Source: an uncultured Planctomycetota bacterium (GTDB lineage: Bacteria; Planctomycetota; Planctomycetia; Gemmatales; Gemmataceae). Taken from it: DNA of 64,000 nt. The stretch is taken from contig CAWKHF010000004.1 of the NCBI GenBank assembly GCA_963849325.1, positions 448,001 to 512,000 on the forward strand, read 5' to 3'. The translations under genes and the position numbers were made by a program. The notes beneath the pieces are model-generated. The model was not told the DNA's origin. It saw only the letters and a program-made list of their open reading frames with translations, and did not search any database. Shown piece by piece: positions 61,788 to 64,000 of this stretch (position 1 is its first letter; every line of letters starts with the position of its first letter).

Positions 61788-62437
61788 AGTTGTCCTCCGA
61801 GGCCGAGGACGGCCAGGTTGCGCGACGCGGCGAGAGCGGCGAGGCGCTCTTTTTGTTGCTGGTAAACGAGGAAGACACCTCCGCCCTTGGTGCCGAAGCC
61901 GAGGTCGATGACGCTGAGAACGCGCAGCGACAGGCTGACCTTGGCGCGAATGGGATTGAGGTTGGGGTCGAACGCTTCCTCGGTGATGCTCAGCTCGGTG
62001 ATGCGTACGGGAACAGTGCGGTTGCGGCTCCAGACGAACAGGCTGAGCGGCGCCTCGACAGGAACGATTTCGAGCGAGCCGGAAGAGGCGAGGCTGTTGT
62101 TGCTGACGAGGCGCGCGCTATCGGGATAGACGACGGTTTCGAGGGCGGCGAGGGCGGGGAAGAGTCCATACTGCGCGACGGTGCTATCGCCGCGTTCCAT
62201 GGCGTCAGTGGCATCCAACTCGGCTTCGAGGCGAATCGTCTCGACGGGCGGTCCCTTGAGGCGCAGCGCCTCGGAGCGATCGCCGCCCTCGGTGTTGACG
62301 GCCTGCGTTTGCAGCGTGCGCGTCAGGGTGTCGGGATTGTACTGTAGCGCGATCACACGCTGCACCGCGGACGTTTGCGGATCGAGCAGAACGATGCCGC
62401 CCTTGAGGAGTTTCGGAGAGCCGGGGAAGGAGGACAT
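61784..62437 (-). CDS. CIS tube-initiator-like protein (Afp7 N-terminal-like)
   Basis: LQYNPDTLTR, FVWS..VPVRITELSITEEAFD..LNPIRAKVSL. Confidence 0.85.
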   Translation of the reverse strand: MSSFPGSPKLLKGGIVLLDPQTSAVQRVIALQYNPDTLTRTLQTQAVNTEGGDRSEALRLKGPPVETIRLEAELDATDAMERGDSTVAQYGLFPALAALETVVYPDSARLVSNNSLASSGSLEIVPVEAPLSLFVWSRNRTVPVRITELSITEEAFDPNLNPIRAKVSLSLRVLSVIDLGFGTKGGGVFLVYQQQKERLAALAASRNLAVLGLGGQL

Positions 62438-62454
62438 TTCAAATCCGCCCCACT

Positions 62455-63200
62455 TTAGTTGAAAAGAAAGTGCAAGACCGTTTTGTCTGCCTCCCGAAAG
62501 ACGACCTCCAAGGTATACTCCGCGTAAGTCCACTTCCCGCCCACGAGTTTGCCTTTCGAGAGCTTCGCCACATACCGGAACGCCCCAACAGCTTCTTGAG
62601 GGTCAGGAGTTCGGATGCCGTACCGGATCGCTTGTTTAAGAACCTGGACTGGAACGTACCTGCCGGATTCACCCATCCGTTCAATGGTCGTAGCGGTGAA
62701 GTTTAGATTGCCGCGAAACTTGATACCACGGTAGACACCACGGAGGACGGTCCACGCCCGCTCACTAATCCCCTTAACGGCGGTCCTGATTCCTGCACTG
62801 GCTGCGGCGCGCGTTGTCGCCTTCGCGGCGGATTCGGAAACCTCTTTTTCAGCGATTTCGGCACCCGCCTGTCCCAGAGCACGGAGACCACCTCGGACGA
62901 TCCCTCGGCCAAGCCCGGCGAGGCCGCCGGCGAGAAGGTCGATGGGGTCGATCAGATCCTGTTCGAGTCCGCGCTCTCCCGCTTCCACGAAATTGCCGTC
63001 TAGGTCGTAGATTTGAAAAACACCAGAGGTTTCATGCCGGAATCCAACGACGTCATTGCTCTGGTCATCGAAAATAGGAAGTGACTCGGCCGGAAGGCCC
63101 GGTGGCACCACCCATTGAACTTCATCGGTCGCAGGGGCCACTACCTCGCTTTCTGGCACGGCTTTCTCGATCTGCGCCACTGCTATCCGCCACTTTTCGG
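62455..63200 (-). CDS. Putative toxin domain, probably the frameshifted C-terminus of the DUF4157 protein
   Basis: DPIDLLAGGLAGLGRG linker, then GRYVPVQVLKQAIRYG..PDPQ..YTLEVVFRE..TVLHFLFN. Confidence 0.6.
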
Positions 63201-64000
63201 CCCTGGGTCTGCATCGACCCATTTTTTGGCGTGCTTTCCGAGAAAACCTGGCGTTGCACAGTGGGTGAGGTCGTCGTCTCCTCGGCCGTCTTGGTGTGGC
63301 AACGCTTGTCTTTCTTGAACGCGGCGTCTTGCTCGTCCGGGTAGATCACACCCTGGAAATCGGGGCCGACGCCGAGAGCGGCCGGAATCCCCCGACTCAC
63401 TTCCCACGCCTGCCGCTCGGACTTGTCGCGAACCTGTGCGTGCGTGAACGTGCCATTAGCACAGACCACGAGATCCTGACTGCACTTTTTCATCGAGGTG
63501 AAGCGACCCTTGGGGATCGCCATCCAGGTGTCGTTGTCGCTGCAGGTGACCCCGGCTTCGCACTCCTTGTCGCAGGTGAACAGTGGCCGGTATTTCTTTG
63601 TCTTTGAGGCGTTCCGTGTCCCCTCGGGACACTTGACACCGTTCGCGTTGTCCTCGCATGCCCACTTGCTTTTGCAGGCCAAGTCCGCACACGTCCCCTC
63701 GTCCAGAATCCGCCCCTGATGGATCGCGGCCCGCTGGAGGACGGCGGGGGACGCGACGCCGCTGCCCAGCCCGGAGGATGACGAGACGTCATGCAAGTGC
63801 GCCGCTGTGGCCGCCGCCTCGCGCTCGAAGGTATCGTCTGCCGGCCCGATCATCAGGTTTGCCGTGGGATCAACAGCGTTATTCTGCTGCACCACATGCG
63901 TCAACTCGTGAGCCAGCAGTGTCCTGCTGGTAGATGTCGAGGGCAGGTAAGTTCCCGCGCCGAAAACGATGTCGCGACCGACGGTGTAGGCCAGCGCACT
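63122..64000 (-). CDS. DUF4157 (eCIS core) protein, 5' end outside window, with a Cys-rich domain
   Basis: Read from 64000: SALAYTVGRDIVFGAG..LLAHELTHVVQQ (HExxH). Confidence 0.92.
   Translation of the reverse strand, partial: SALAYTVGRDIVFGAGTYLPSTSTSRTLLAHELTHVVQQNNAVDPTANLMIGPADDTFEREAAATAAHLHDVSSSSGLGSGVASPAVLQRAAIHQGRILDEGTCADLACKSKWACEDNANGVKCPEGTRNASKTKKYRPLFTCDKECEAGVTCSDNDTWMAIPKGRFTSMKKCSQDLVVCANGTFTHAQVRDKSERQAWEVSRGIPAALGVGPDFQGVIYPDEQDAAFKKDKRCHTKTAEETTTSPTVQRQVFSESTPKNGSMQTQGRKVADSSGADRESRARKRGSGPCDR

Noticed and set aside
46751-64000. Type VI secretion system
   Set aside because: No TssJLM, TssK or ClpV here; DUF4157, LysM and DUF6519 indicate eCIS

Overview
GC-rich bacterial DNA, probably Planctomycetota, inferred from the LEDR-type leader and the gene families; not verified. 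Three blocks. (1) 1-7985: a giant Ser/Gly/Thr-rich repeat protein that runs off the left edge and is absent from the ORF track, a sulfotransferase, and a sulfotransferase-glycosyltransferase fusion. (2) About 7968-45848: a ~37.9 kb integrative mobilisable element. Both ends share TCGA. Joining the flanks restores the host gene's stop codon; joining the element ends builds a tRNA-Ser-like attP inside the large serine recombinase gene, so the recombinase C-terminus would differ between integrated and excised states. The backbone has a DarB-like methylase-helicase, RepL, ParA/ParG, MOBF relaxase, ParB, VirD4 and an excisionase-like HTH, but no recognisable VirB channel. Cargo includes two ankyrin proteins, an mTERF-like repeat protein, a HEAT protein, a pilin-like protein, a receiver domain, a TpsB/TpsA pair and a resolvase-WGR fusion. 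(3) 46751-64000: the baseplate/spike half of an extracellular contractile injection system (eCIS) with a DUF4157 protein carrying putative effector domains. Many genes have single-base frameshifts, probably assembly errors. All calls come from reading motifs by eye; no database searches were run.
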